DNA of 64,000 bases from Brevibacterium luteolum (GTDB lineage: Bacteria > Actinomycetota > Actinomycetes > Actinomycetales > Brevibacteriaceae): positions 1-64,000 of the forward strand of contig NZ_JABEMC010000008.1 of the NCBI RefSeq assembly GCF_013004595.1, read 5' to 3'. The stretch's first letter is position 1. Each line of letters starts with the position of its first letter. The position numbers and the translations under genes were made by a program. Below, piece after piece: positions 1 through 10,182 of this stretch. The notes below the pieces were generated by a model, which was not told where the DNA came from, did not search any database, and worked only from the letters and a program-made list of their open reading frames with translations.

Positions 1-73
1 CCGGATCGGCCTGAGCATGGATGACAAGCTCTACGGCACGAGCCTTAAGTTCGTCGGTGTATTTCACTGGCAA
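1..73 (-). CDS. IS3-family transposase OrfA, N-terminus (partial)
   Basis: TTG at 73-71, 8 nt after SD; translates MPVKYTDELKARAVELVIHAQADP, the typical K/R-Y-x-x-E-L-K/R-x-R-A-V OrfA start. Confidence 0.85.
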   Translation of the reverse strand, partial: MPVKYTDELKARAVELVIHAQADP

Positions 74-127
74 GAGAGAATCTCCTTCTTCCAATCTCCC
101 TGCCTCTATTATCCCCGGGGCGATTCA
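1..127 (-). mobile_element. IS3-family (IS51/IS6110-like) insertion sequence, left end; continues beyond window start
   Basis: Minus strand from 127 reads TGAATCGCCCCGGGGATAATAGAGGC, resembling IS3-family 5'-TG termini (IS6110: TGAACCGCCCCGG); followed by SD AAGGAG (87-82) and a transposase-like ORF. Confidence 0.85.
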
Positions 128-1750
128 AAACCCAGGACGCTTCAAGGGTGGTCACGACCTCGTGGCGGTGCGCATCACCGCCGGTGTTAAGGATCAGCCC
201 ACATACACGGACGGTCAGGAGGGCAAGCCGCGGTTCTTCTTTGGCACTCAGACGCACTCGCGCGAGATTATCACCAGTGAGATGGCCTGGCGCTTCGCTA
301 GCGAGATCATCGGAGGTTACGGCAAGGACGCCCAGATCACCTCTCTTCTCGACTCGACCGAGGTGTGTGTGGCGTTCCAGCACAATGCCGACAGCGTCGA
401 CGTCGTCGAGAAGGCATTCGCCGACGGTGTCGACACGACTCCTGCCGGTGATGGCAATCCGGATTCGCGATCGAAAGCATGGCAGCGCAAGAACCAGAAC
501 GCAACGGGCTTCGAAGACAAGGGCGCCCCGTGGTCGCGCAATCAACCCAGCATCGACCTCAACCGCAACTGGCCCTACCAATGGGGCGGTGCTTAAACGA
601 GCAGCGATCCGGCGAGCATCCTCTACAAGGGATCTGCTCCGGCCTCCGAGCCCGAGGTGGCAGCGCTGAAGAAGCTGCTCGAAGGCCTGTACGGAACCTA
701 CAGCGTCGAAACGTCGACGCCGGCCCCGAAGGACCGGAACGGAACCTACATCCACCTGCACTCGTACTCGAACCTCGTTCTGTACCCGTACGGTTTCGAC
801 AACTCAGCCAAGGTCCCCAACTCGGACGCGCTGAGGGCTGGAGCCTTCCGCCAGTCCCACGGCAATGACTACGCCACCGGCGCACCGGGTGACGTTCTCT
901 ACAACGCTTCCGGCGGGGACTTCGATTGGGTCTACCGCAAGCTCGGAGTGCCGGGATATGTCTACGAGATCGGCACCGGCGAGGAAGGCGGATTCTTCCC
1001 CGGTTTCCAGCGCGCTGACAACTACTGGAAGAAGGTGGGCCCGGCCTCCGCTTCGCTGCCGAGGCCGCGTACGAGCCGTACACCACCTCGCTCGGCGGAG
1101 CCGTCTCCGAGCTCAAGACTGAACGTCAGGACGACGGTTCGATCACCGTGACCGGAACCGCAACAGACGAGGCCTACGGCAATGATGCCAATTCCTCACC
1201 GCGACGTCCGAAGGTCACCGACATCTCCGACGTGGAAGTCGCCGCGGCTGTCGACCGCAACGCGCTCGACGCGGGGGAGAAGACCGGTGCTGATGGGAAG
1301 ACGGTGCCCACGCTGGCGAAGACCGTCAAGTTCGACACCAGCGTGCCGAAGGCAGGGTCCGAGAAAGCGAAGTACGTATTTGCGCGGGCCAAGAACGGCA
1401 GTGGTGAATTCGGCTCATGGCAGGCCGTCTTCGTCGACCCCGCCGGTGACGAGGGCACACCCGAGCCCGAGCCCATCGACACTGAGACCCCGGATCCGGA
1501 CCCGACCGACACACAGTCGCCGAATCCTGAACCGACACCGTCAGATGACAGCAAGAACGACGGCTCAGATGACAACGACAGCGATGGCGGCCGGGATAAT
1601 GACAAACCCTCGCGCGACAACGATGCACGGGGCCGCGACGATCGTTCGTCGCTGCCCCGGGCAGGCACCGGACTCTGACCGCTTGCCGCCGGAGCCGCGC
1701 TGCTTGTCGAAGGTGGACTCGGCGTCTGGTCAACTCGGCGCAGGAGCTGA
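128..1750 (+). pseudogene. M14 zinc carboxypeptidase with LPXTG-like anchor; 5' end cut by IS, two premature stops and a frameshift
   Basis: HSRE (HxxE), IDLNRNW, HLHSY and YEIG motifs; in-frame TAA 594-596; 1-nt deletion near 1044; P/T/D-rich linker; LPRAG then TGA 1676-1678, with the hydrophobic and basic tail PLAAGAALLVEGGLGVWSTRRRS continuing in frame to TGA 1748-1750. Confidence 0.85.
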
Positions 1751-1781
1751 CCGCTCTCTGCTGAGGAGCTGAACAGCTGAT

Positions 1782-1829
1782 AAACGGCGGGTGCGGTGTC
1801 GCAATAGGGCGACGTCGCACCCGCCGTTT
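1782..1829. terminator. bidirectional hairpin terminator between convergent genes
   Basis: AAACGGCGGGTGCG...CGCACCCGCCGTTT inverted repeat. Confidence 0.7.
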
Positions 1830-1873
1830 CATGTCATCGATGAGTTACCCGCAGCGAAGCGCGCAGGTGGTGG

Positions 1874-2533
1874 CTACGAGGTTGCGCCGATGTCGGTGCG
1901 AAGATCGCCGTCGCGGACCGAACAGCTCAGCTTTGCAGCACTCACGACTGCGGCATCGATGAGATGTTGTTCGACCGAGGGCGTACCCGTGTCTGAGCCG
2001 GGCTCAGTCGCCGACGGAACGTGGACGAACCCAGTCCGCACGTCCATGCCCGTCGTCTGTGCATGCTCCGCCGCCGCATACGCGACCGCATTGCACACAT
2101 ATGTCCCGGCGGTGTTGGAGAGGCTCGCCGGGATGCCCTCATCCCGGAGCGCCTGGACGATCGCCTTGTTCGGCAGCGTCAGGAAGTGCGCGGCCGGACC
2201 ACCTGCAACGACCGGTTCGTCGATCGGCTGTGCGCCCGAATTGTCGGGGATCGGGGCGTCCATGACGTTGATCGCCACGCGCTCGGGCGTGATCTCGGTC
2301 CGTCCTGCCGCCAGACCCAGACTGATAACCATATGCGGCTGGTGCTCGTCCATGAGCTCGCGGACGCGCGTACAGGCGGCATCGAACTCAACCGGCAGCA
2401 CCTCGGTGACAGCACCGGGGCACTCGCGAGCCACCGCCTCGGCGGCGGCGATCGTCGGGTTTGTCTCATGCTCGCCGAACGGTTCGAAAGCCGTGACGAG
2501 CACACCCTCGTACGGCAATTGGTCGCGTGCCAT
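1874..2533 (-). CDS. pcp: pyroglutamyl-peptidase I
   Basis: VLVTAFEPFG, PERVA, GTYVCN and GFVHVP (E/C/H triad); start placed at the TGATG overlap with the upstream gene. Confidence 0.92.
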   Translation of the reverse strand: MARDQLPYEGVLVTAFEPFGEHETNPTIAAAEAVARECPGAVTEVLPVEFDAACTRVRELMDEHQPHMVISLGLAAGRTEITPERVAINVMDAPIPDNSGAQPIDEPVVAGGPAAHFLTLPNKAIVQALRDEGIPASLSNTAGTYVCNAVAYAAAEHAQTTGMDVRTGFVHVPSATEPGSDTGTPSVEQHLIDAAVVSAAKLSCSVRDGDLRTDIGATS

Positions 2534-2802
2534 CAGCGCCTCCGCCACGACGGCGGCAGGGGCCGGCGCACTTTGCGCCTCGGATCGGCGAACCCTCCAG
2601 CCTTCTTCACCGGCTCCTCGGCAGCGGCACCGGCAAGCTGACGCACAGCCACAAGTGCTGCCGCCACAGCAGCACGGGCCAGGCGGCGCTCCTCGTCAGC
2701 CGACAGCGTCGTGCTGCCGGCCTGCTTGTCGAAGCTGACCTCGATGCCGTCGAGATCCGTGTCGCTGGCCATGATCGGGTTCTCTGCCTGCTCGTCACTC
2801 AC
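2533..2802 (-). CDS. small protein, probable acyl-CoA carboxylase epsilon subunit
   Basis: 89 aa, coupled to the beta subunit gene; Ala-rich helix and C-terminal ...PPSWRRR typical of AccE/PccE. Confidence 0.6.
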   Translation of the reverse strand: MSDEQAENPIMASDTDLDGIEVSFDKQAGSTTLSADEERRLARAAVAAALVAVRQLAGAAAEEPVKKAGGFADPRRKVRRPLPPSWRRR

Positions 2803-4385
2803 AGCGGGATGTTCCCGTGCTTACGAGCTGGCGGATCGATGTGCTTGTTCTTCAGCGCGCGCAGCCCGCGGATGATCCGCTCGCGGGTCTCGCTCGGCTT
2901 GATGACCGCGTCGATGTAGCCCTCCTCGGCGGCCTTGTATGGATTCAGCAGCGCATCCTCGTAGTCCTGGATGAGCTCATCGCGCAGCGCGTCGACGTCC
3001 TCGCCGGCCTCACCTGCGGCCTTGAGCTTGCGGCGGTAGACGATGTTGGCAGCCCCCTGGGCGCCCATCACGGCGATCTGGGCGCTCGGCCACGCGAGGT
3101 TGAGGTCAGCACCCAGTTGCTTGGAGCCCATGACGCAGTACGCGCCGCCGTAGGCCTTGCGGGTGATGACGGTGATGAGCGGGACGGTCGCCTCACCATA
3201 GGCGTAGATGAGCTTCGCGCCGCGGCGGATGATGCCGCCGAGCTCCTGGTCGGTGCCGGGCAGGAACCCGGGCACGTCGACGAACGTGAGGATCGGGATG
3301 TTGAAGGCATCGCAGAGACGGACGAACCGGGCGGCCTTCTCCGAGGCGTCGATGTCAAGCGTGCCAGCCAGCTGCATCGGCTGGTTGGCGATGACACCGA
3401 CCGTCGTGCCCTCGACGCGTCCGAACCCGGTGCACACATTCGGGGCGAACAGCTCGGAGATCTCCAGGAACTCACCCTCATCGAGCACCCGGGTGACGAC
3501 ATCGAGGATGTCATACGGCTGGGAAGGCGAATCCGGCATCAGCTCATCGAGTGCCAGATCCTCATCATCAACCGTCAGATCGGCCGGGGCATCGAAGTCC
3601 TGGGCATCGTCGAGGTTGTTCTGCGGCAGGAACGACAGCAGATCGCACACGAAGTTCAGCGCATCGGTCTCATCGGCTGCCAGGTAGTGGGCGTTGCCGG
3701 ACACCGAGTTGTGCGTCCGCCCTCCGCCGAGCTCCTCATGGCCGACGTCCTCACCGGTGACGGTCTTGATGACATCCGGCCCGGTGATGTACATGTGGCT
3801 GGTCCCATCGACCATGATCGTGACATCGGTCAGCGCAGGGGAGTAGACCGCACCACCGGCAGACGGGCCCATGATGAGCGAGATCTGCGGGATGACACCA
3901 GACGATGCGACGTTCCATTTGAAGATCTCAGCGAACAGCGCAATCGAGCCCACGCCCTCCTGAATGCGGGCGCCGCCGGAGTCGTTGATGCCGATGATCG
4001 GGCAGCCGAGCTTGAGCGCGAGCTTCTGCACCTTGACGATCTTGCGGCCATTCGCCTCCGCCAGCGACCCGCCGAGGACCGTGAAGTCGTGGGCGAACAC
4101 CGCCACCGTGCGTCCGTCGATCGTGCCGAGACCGCAGACCACCCCATCGCCGTCGGGCCGGTTGTTCTCCATCCCGAACTGCGTGTTGTGGTGGCGGACG
4201 AACTCGTCGATCTCCTGGAACGACCCGTCATCGAGCAGCTGATCGATGCGCTCGCGGGCAGTCTGCTTGCCTCGCTTGTGCTGATTGGCAACGGCACGCT
4301 CATTTCCGGCATGCGCGGCCTGACGACGGGATTCGAACGCGGCGATGCGTTCGGCGGTGGTACGCGGCACAGTGCTTTCGGTCAT
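2799..4385 (-). CDS. pccB: acyl-CoA (propionyl-CoA) carboxylase beta subunit
   Basis: [34 protein letters not shown] and KHGNIPL; leaderless TACATT-N6-ATG start. Confidence 0.95.
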   Translation of the reverse strand: MTESTVPRTTAERIAAFESRRQAAHAGNERAVANQHKRGKQTARERIDQLLDDGSFQEIDEFVRHHNTQFGMENNRPDGDGVVCGLGTIDGRTVAVFAHDFTVLGGSLAEANGRKIVKVQKLALKLGCPIIGINDSGGARIQEGVGSIALFAEIFKWNVASSGVIPQISLIMGPSAGGAVYSPALTDVTIMVDGTSHMYITGPDVIKTVTGEDVGHEELGGGRTHNSVSGNAHYLAADETDALNFVCDLLSFLPQNNLDDAQDFDAPADLTVDDEDLALDELMPDSPSQPYDILDVVTRVLDEGEFLEISELFAPNVCTGFGRVEGTTVGVIANQPMQLAGTLDIDASEKAARFVRLCDAFNIPILTFVDVPGFLPGTDQELGGIIRRGAKLIYAYGEATVPLITVITRKAYGGAYCVMGSKQLGADLNLAWPSAQIAVMGAQGAANIVYRRKLKAAGEAGEDVDALRDELIQDYEDALLNPYKAAEEGYIDAVIKPSETRERIIRGLRALKNKHIDPPARKHGNIPL

Positions 4386-4448
4386 GGCACTAATGTACCG
4401 CCCGCCTCCTGCGTTGTGCGAAGCCGCCAAAAGCCATACAGTGATCTG

Positions 4449-5297
4449 GTGCACACCGTTCCTTCCCGCCCTTCTTTTGATATCCCTGCCCTGCGATCCG
4501 CGCTCGCCCGCGCCGAGGTCACCGTCCCGCGCATCGAGTGGCCAGCCGCCTGCCCGTCGACCAATGATGCGCTCGTCGAGGCGATCGCCACCGCTCCCGA
4601 GGAGTGGCCTGACTATGCCGTCTACGGCACCGATCATCAGACCGCCGGCCACGGCCGGCTCGGCCGTACCTGGACCGTCCCGGCTGCTGCCAGCCTGACG
4701 TTCTCGACCATCATGCGGGTGCCCGTGGGGTTCGATCTGGCCGGCCTAGGCTGGCTGCCGCTCATCGCCGGCTGGGCCGTCGCCGAGGCCGTGGGAACCG
4801 CCGGTGTCAACGCGCAGGTGAAATGGCCCAATGACGTACTCGTCGACGGGAAGAAGATCTGCGGGATCCTCACCCGCGCCACCCAGCTGCCGAAGACCGA
4901 CGAGGCCGAGATGGCCGTCATCCTCGGCATCGGCATCAACGTCGACATGACCGCAGACGAACTTCCGGTCGAGACTGCCACCTCGCTCACGCTGGCCGGC
5001 GGGTCGATCTCCCGGGAGGTGCTGCTGGCCGAGGTGCTGCGCCGTCTGCACCAGGCGACCCCGTTCCTGCTGGCCTCCTCAACCGCCGAGGCGTTCTCCC
5101 AGTCCGTGGCCGCCGATGAGATCCGCAACCGCATGGCGACCCTCGGCATGGATGTCCGCGCTGAGCTTCCCGGTGACACCCAGGTGCGCGGCCGCGCCGT
5201 CGGTGTCGATGCCGGCGGCAACCTCATCATCGACACCGGCACCGGCCGCGAGGTGGTCAGCGCCGGCGACGTCACCCACCTGAGGCCCAGCCGATGA
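4449..5297 (+). CDS. birA: biotin-[acetyl-CoA carboxylase] ligase
   Basis: [29 protein letters not shown] and GIGIN; TACAGT-N6-GTG start; divergent from pccB. Confidence 0.93.
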   Translation: MHTVPSRPSFDIPALRSALARAEVTVPRIEWPAACPSTNDALVEAIATAPEEWPDYAVYGTDHQTAGHGRLGRTWTVPAAASLTFSTIMRVPVGFDLAGLGWLPLIAGWAVAEAVGTAGVNAQVKWPNDVLVDGKKICGILTRATQLPKTDEAEMAVILGIGINVDMTADELPVETATSLTLAGGSISREVLLAEVLRRLHQATPFLLASSTAEAFSQSVAADEIRNRMATLGMDVRAELPGDTQVRGRAVGVDAGGNLIIDTGTGREVVSAGDVTHLRPSR

Positions 5298-6529
5298 GCG
5301 AAACGCCCAACGACGACGAGAACCTCGCCTCTGAGGAACTCGGCGACGAGGCGCTCGACGCTGTCGCCGCAGCTGCCCAGGAGGCCTTCGCCGCCCGCCT
5401 GGCCGGATCCCGGCCGGTACCCGAGACCGTCGACGAATCGATCGTCGACGAGCGTGAGAAGGCCGAGATCGAAGACACGATCTACCACCTGCGCTCAGCC
5501 GCCCAGAAGCTCGAGGAAAGCCTGCTCGGCGGCAAGCGCGTGCTCACCCGCAAAGAGGTCGCCCAGCTCGCCGGCGTCTCCACGGTTGCGGCCCGTAAGT
5601 TCTGGCGCGCCCTCGGTATGTCCCGCGTGCCCGAAGGCCAGACCGCCTTCACCGTTGAGGACGCCAAGGCGCTGCGCGAGATCGCCTCGGTCGTCGATGC
5701 CGGTGTGCTCGATGAGGCGACAGTGCTTTCGCTGGCCCGCGCCATCGGTCAGACGAGCGACCGGCTTGTCGTATGGCAGATGGAGACGCTCGTCGAGTAT
5801 CTGTCCGATACCCGCGGGCTGGAGGAGACGCACGCCCGCCAGCAGGCGATCGAGCTGTTCGAGAGCAGTATCGAGCCGCTCGAACGGGTCCTCGTATACG
5901 CGTGGCGCCGCAATCTCGCCGGCGCACTCGGGCGCATGAACGTCAATGTCGCAGAAGGCCTGGCGATTGAGAACCGGCAGGGCTGGTACGACTCCCAGAT
6001 GCCGCTGGCCCGCGCCGTCGGCTTCGTCGACCTCGTCTCCTACACCCGTCTGTCCCAGCGGCTGGAGCCCAAGCAGCTGGCTTTCCTCGTCAAGCGCTTC
6101 CAGGACATCGTCTTCAACGTCGTGGCCACCGGCAACGGCCGGGTCATCAAGACCGTCGGCGATGAGGTCTTCTTCGTCGCCGAGACCCCGCAGGCCGGTG
6201 CGGAGATCGCGCTGACGATCCGGGACCTCATCATCGACGACAAAGAGTTGCCTCAGGCCCGCCTCGGCCTCGCGTGGGGGCGCGTGCTCTCACGGCTCGG
6301 CGATGTCTTCGGCTCGACGGTCAACCTCGCCGCGCGTCTCACCGCGATCGGCGAGCCCGGAACCGTCGCAACCGACTGGGAAACCGCCCGCATCCTCGAA
6401 CGCTCAGGGGAGTACGTCTTCTCCAACCGCCAGACCATCACCCTGCAGGGCCTCGGTGAGATCTCGATGTTCCAAATGGACCGCGGCACCGCCGAAAGCC
6501 TCGACCTGTCGATGGATGGGGACGAGTAG
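5294..6529 (+). CDS. class III adenylate cyclase with N-terminal regulatory domain
   Basis: GFVDLVSYT, KTVGDEV and DVFGSTVNLAARL motifs. Confidence 0.9.
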   Translation: MSETPNDDENLASEELGDEALDAVAAAAQEAFAARLAGSRPVPETVDESIVDEREKAEIEDTIYHLRSAAQKLEESLLGGKRVLTRKEVAQLAGVSTVAARKFWRALGMSRVPEGQTAFTVEDAKALREIASVVDAGVLDEATVLSLARAIGQTSDRLVVWQMETLVEYLSDTRGLEETHARQQAIELFESSIEPLERVLVYAWRRNLAGALGRMNVNVAEGLAIENRQGWYDSQMPLARAVGFVDLVSYTRLSQRLEPKQLAFLVKRFQDIVFNVVATGNGRVIKTVGDEVFFVAETPQAGAEIALTIRDLIIDDKELPQARLGLAWGRVLSRLGDVFGSTVNLAARLTAIGEPGTVATDWETARILERSGEYVFSNRQTITLQGLGEISMFQMDRGTAESLDLSMDGDE

Positions 6530-6765
6530 CAGCTCATCAGTGGCTGTGAAGGACGTCTGAGTCTGCGTTGATCCTCCGAACGGGGCGACGCTTGATTCGC
6601 TCCCATGTCTTTCTGCTGGCGTTCTGGAAGCGGACCCGAAAGGTTTCAGTCGCGCCGAGATTGCCGTCGGGGAACTGAATGACCACCTGAAGTTCTGCAG
6701 GTGGCGTGATGGCGGGACAGGAGTCGGGTGCAGAAGCTAGCCCACCGCAGAGCTAAGGCGTGCTC

Positions 6766-6784
6766 GTCGCACGGGTGCTACACT
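6766..6784 (+). promoter_or_regulatory. vapBC operator palindrome overlapping -10 (leaderless)
   Basis: GTCGCAC-GG-GTGCTAC (one mismatch) overlapping TACACT, 6 nt before ATG 6791. Confidence 0.6.
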
Positions 6785-6790
6785 TGAGTC

Positions 6791-7072
6791 ATGAGTGTTG
6801 CCCAGCCCGAATCCGAAAGCCTGTCTCAGCGCGAACTGCGAAATGAGTCAAGTCGTGTCCTGCGCGAAGTGAGCGAAGGTCACTCCTTCGTGCTGACAAA
6901 TCGCGGAGTCCCGGTCGGTCGCGTCATCCCTTTGGATGCGCCTGCGCCCGGACTTGAGATCACCCGTCCTGCCAAGCGCATCGGCGGCTGGTCGGACCTC
7001 AGTATCAAGCGCAGGCGCAGCGAACGATCTGTGCAGAAGCTCATCGATGAGCAGCGTGAGGATCGGGTGTGA
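6791..7072 (+). CDS. Phd/YefM-family antitoxin (VapB-type)
   Basis: SQRELRNESSRVLREV..G..FVLTNRGVPVGRVIP; overlaps the toxin start. Confidence 0.9.
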   Translation: MSVAQPESESLSQRELRNESSRVLREVSEGHSFVLTNRGVPVGRVIPLDAPAPGLEITRPAKRIGGWSDLSIKRRRSERSVQKLIDEQREDRV

Positions 7073-7464
7073 ATGCCAGAGTCGTCTACGTTGATACCTC
7101 CGCGCTGGCAGCACTCCTGAAGCCTGAGCCGCAAAGCGAATCTTTGGAGCGCTGGCTCGACGACACTTCGGCGACGCTGGTCTCCAGCATCCTGCTTGAG
7201 ACTGAGCTCCGTCGCGTCGCCGTCCGCGACGGGCTGAGCCAAACTGATGTGACAGCGCTGCTCGACGGAGTGGCTCTCGCTTCGCTCGACCGGGCAGTCT
7301 TTCGCAACGCTGGGTTCCTGCCGATGGAGATGCTGCGGACTCTTGACGCGCTGCATCTTGAGGCCGCTATTCGCCTCGATGCCGACGCCATCCTGACGTA
7401 CGATCATCGTCTCGCGCAGGCGGCCGAATCCGCTGGACTGACAGTCATCGCGCCCGGCCGCTGA
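7069..7464 (+). CDS. vapC: PIN-domain toxin
   Basis: VYVDTSA, ETELRR, LRTLDALHL and LTYD acidic PIN residues. Confidence 0.92.
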   Translation: MNARVVYVDTSALAALLKPEPQSESLERWLDDTSATLVSSILLETELRRVAVRDGLSQTDVTALLDGVALASLDRAVFRNAGFLPMEMLRTLDALHLEAAIRLDADAILTYDHRLAQAAESAGLTVIAPGR

Positions 7465-7469
7465 GCCGC

Positions 7470-10097
7470 TCAGAACAGCGCGCCGCCCGCATCGTCCTCG
7501 TCACTGGAGACGATCACGACAGGGGAATCGTCCTCATCACGAGCCTGAGCGATCTCCTCCTTGCGGCGCGCCAGCTCGGCGGCACTGAGCCCACCCGCTG
7601 CGCCAGCATCCGCGGCGCTGCCAGCTCCCGCCTCGGGAACGGGCACCGCACCAGCTTCTGCACCGTAGTCATGCGCCACGGTGCCGATCGCATCGACCTT
7701 CGACTCCAGCGGTTGACCGGAGCCATCCCGCCTACCCAGCTCTGTGGGCAGCTTGCGGGCACCGCCGCCGGTGGCTGCGCCCTGCGGTTCGGGCCCGGCG
7801 AAGGCGGTGACGAGCTCGGTCTCGCCCTTGAGGAAGCGATGCGCACGCACGCCGGCGGTCGCGCGTCCCTTGGTGGGGAACTCGGCGAGATCGGTGACCT
7901 TGACGCTCAGCGCGGTCTCACCGTAGAAGTTCTCACCCGTCGCGATTGTCACAACGCGGTTCTCCGCCGCGGGATCGACAAGGCTGAAGGCGATGACCGA
8001 GGCATCGGCGGCGACCTTCATGCCGGTGACACCTCCGGCGTTCCAGCCCTGGGCGCGCAGCAGATCGGTGCCGAAGGTCAGCAGCTGGGCGTTCGAGGTG
8101 ATGAGCACCGCGCGGGCGGCGTCGATGTCGGGCAGCTGGCCGGCACCGATCACCGTGTCACCGGACTTGAGGTTGATGACATCCCAGGCATCCTTGCCCT
8201 TGGCAGGCTCCGCACCGGCAACGCGCTTGATGACCCCGCGGGCGGTGGCGAGGACGAAGTCCTTGGTGATGTCGACGAGCCCGAGCACCTTCTCCCCGGA
8301 GTCGAGGGTGACGAACTCACCGACCTTCACACCTCCGGCCAGGCCCGGCCGGGTGGCCTGCGGCGGCAGGGCCGGCAGGGCAACAACGTCGACGGTCAGC
8401 AGACGGCCCTTCGAGGTGATCGCACCGATGATCCCGCGGGTAGTCGAGGCGACCTGAGAGACCAGCGCGTCATGAGCTAAGCGCTTGCCGCCGGTCGGCA
8501 GAGCCGAACGGTCAGAGGTGCGGGCGATCCGACCCGAGGTTGAGAGCAGCACCCACGTCGGTGAGTCGGCGACCTGCAGCTCCGGTGAGCCCTTCTTGCG
8601 GCCGCGGGCAGTGATCTGCTTGTGCGAGCCTTCGACGAGCACGGTGCGGCGCGGGGAGTCGATCTGCTCGGCGACGGCGCCGAGCTCCTCAGAGACGACC
8701 TGGCGCAGCTTCGCCTCATCGTCGAGGATCGACTGCAGGTAGTCGATGCGCTTCTTCAGCTCATCCTGCTCCGCCTCAAGTTCGAGCCGGGAGAACTTCG
8801 TCAGCCGGCGCAGCTGCAGGTCGAGGATATAGGTCGCCTGCACCTCGGAGAGGTCGAAGACGCTCATCAGCCGGGTGCGGGCGATCTGCGCATCATCTGA
8901 GGATCGGATGAGTTCGATGACCTCGTCGATGTCGAGGATCGCGGTCAGCAGGCCCTCGACGAGGTGGAGGCGGTCCTTGGCCTTGCCGAGCTGGAAGACT
9001 GTGCGCCGGCGAGTGACGGCGATGCGGTGGTCGACGTAGACCTCCAGCAGCGCCTTGAGCCCAAGCGTGCGCGGCTGCCCGTCGACGAGGCAGACGTTGT
9101 TGATGCCGAAGGAGTCCTCCAGCGGGGTGAGCCGGTAGAGCTCTTCGAGCACCGCATCGGGGTTGAAACCGTTCTTGATGCCGATGACCAGCCGCAGGCC
9201 GTGCTTGCGGTCGGAGAAGTCGTCGATCGAGGCGATGCCGGCGAGCTTCTTGCTCCCGACGACGTCCTTGACCTTCTCGATGACCTTCTCCGGGCCGACG
9301 AGGTAGGGCAGCTCGGTGACGATGATGCCCTTGCGGCGGGCAGTGATGTTCTCGATCTTCACCGTCGCCCGGGTGCGGAAGGACCCGCGGCCGGTCTCGT
9401 AGGCCTCACGCACACCGGACAGCCCGATGATCCGGCCGCCGGAGGGGAGGTCGGGGCCAGGGACGTACTTCATGAGCTCCGAGAGCTCCGCTTCGGGGTT
9501 GTCGATGAGGTGCTGGGCTGCGGCGATGACCTCGCCGGGGTTGTGCGGGGCCATGTTCGTGGCCATGCCGACCGCGATTCCCGAGGCGCCGTTGACGAGC
9601 AGGTTCGGAAACGCACTCGGTAGGACTTCGGGCTGGGTGGTCGAGGAGTCGTAGTTGGGCACGAAGTCGACGACGTCCTCATCGAGGCCGGCGATCATCG
9701 TCAGCGCTGCGTCGGTCAGGCGGGCTTCGGTGTAGCGCGGGGCGGCCGGGCCGTCGTCAAGCGAGCCGAAGTTGCCGTGGCCGTCGACGAGCGGGGTGCG
9801 CATGACGAAGTCCTGGCTCAGCCGCACGAGGGCATCGTAGATGGCGACATCGGAGTGCGGGTGCAGTTTGCCCATGACGTCGCCGACGATGCGGGAGCTC
9901 TTGACGTGCGGACGGTCAGGGCGCAGGCCCATCTCGCCCATCTGGTAGATGATGCGCCGCTGCACGGGCTTGAGACCGTCGCGGGCATCTGGCAGTGCCC
10001 GGGAGTAGATCACCGAGTAGGCGTACTCGAGGAACGAGGTCTCCATCTCCTCGGAGACGTCGATATCGACGACCTGGCCAGCGACCGGCTCTGTCAT
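7470..10097 (-). CDS. parC: type II topoisomerase A subunit, actinobacterial topoisomerase IV-type paralog
   Basis: [16 protein letters not shown], catalytic [21 protein letters not shown]; no adjacent gyrB and no clear GyrA-box. Confidence 0.85.
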   Translation of the reverse strand: MTEPVAGQVVDIDVSEEMETSFLEYAYSVIYSRALPDARDGLKPVQRRIIYQMGEMGLRPDRPHVKSSRIVGDVMGKLHPHSDVAIYDALVRLSQDFVMRTPLVDGHGNFGSLDDGPAAPRYTEARLTDAALTMIAGLDEDVVDFVPNYDSSTTQPEVLPSAFPNLLVNGASGIAVGMATNMAPHNPGEVIAAAQHLIDNPEAELSELMKYVPGPDLPSGGRIIGLSGVREAYETGRGSFRTRATVKIENITARRKGIIVTELPYLVGPEKVIEKVKDVVGSKKLAGIASIDDFSDRKHGLRLVIGIKNGFNPDAVLEELYRLTPLEDSFGINNVCLVDGQPRTLGLKALLEVYVDHRIAVTRRRTVFQLGKAKDRLHLVEGLLTAILDIDEVIELIRSSDDAQIARTRLMSVFDLSEVQATYILDLQLRRLTKFSRLELEAEQDELKKRIDYLQSILDDEAKLRQVVSEELGAVAEQIDSPRRTVLVEGSHKQITARGRKKGSPELQVADSPTWVLLSTSGRIARTSDRSALPTGGKRLAHDALVSQVASTTRGIIGAITSKGRLLTVDVVALPALPPQATRPGLAGGVKVGEFVTLDSGEKVLGLVDITKDFVLATARGVIKRVAGAEPAKGKDAWDVINLKSGDTVIGAGQLPDIDAARAVLITSNAQLLTFGTDLLRAQGWNAGGVTGMKVAADASVIAFSLVDPAAENRVVTIATGENFYGETALSVKVTDLAEFPTKGRATAGVRAHRFLKGETELVTAFAGPEPQGAATGGGARKLPTELGRRDGSGQPLESKVDAIGTVAHDYGAEAGAVPVPEAGAGSAADAGAAGGLSAAELARRKEEIAQARDEDDSPVVIVSSDEDDAGGALF

Positions 10098-10182
10098 GGA
10101 ACTCCTTCGACGGGCGAAACGACAGGCCTATGCTACCGGCAAACCGACGCGAAGCCCGGGATTTCGCCGGGTGCGGAGGTTC

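Noticed and set aside
21..596. Independent 191-aa protein starting at ATG 21
   Set aside because: Chimera of IS antisense sequence and a carboxypeptidase fragment
594..596. Programmed read-through or recoding in the peptidase
   Set aside because: Several different lesions plus the IS are better explained by decay
1742..1772. AGGAGCTGA repeated after the peptidase stop
   Set aside because: 9 bp only, with no associated element
2817..4448. Apparent 544-aa N-terminal extension of BirA (and similar extensions on pccB, purK, scoB, lpqB, SpoIIM)
   Set aside because: Overlap neighbouring genes; better starts with -10 or SD signals lie downstream
7470..10097. Calling this gene gyrA
   Set aside because: No adjacent gyrB, no clear GyrA-box, and context matches the second (topoisomerase IV-type) paralog
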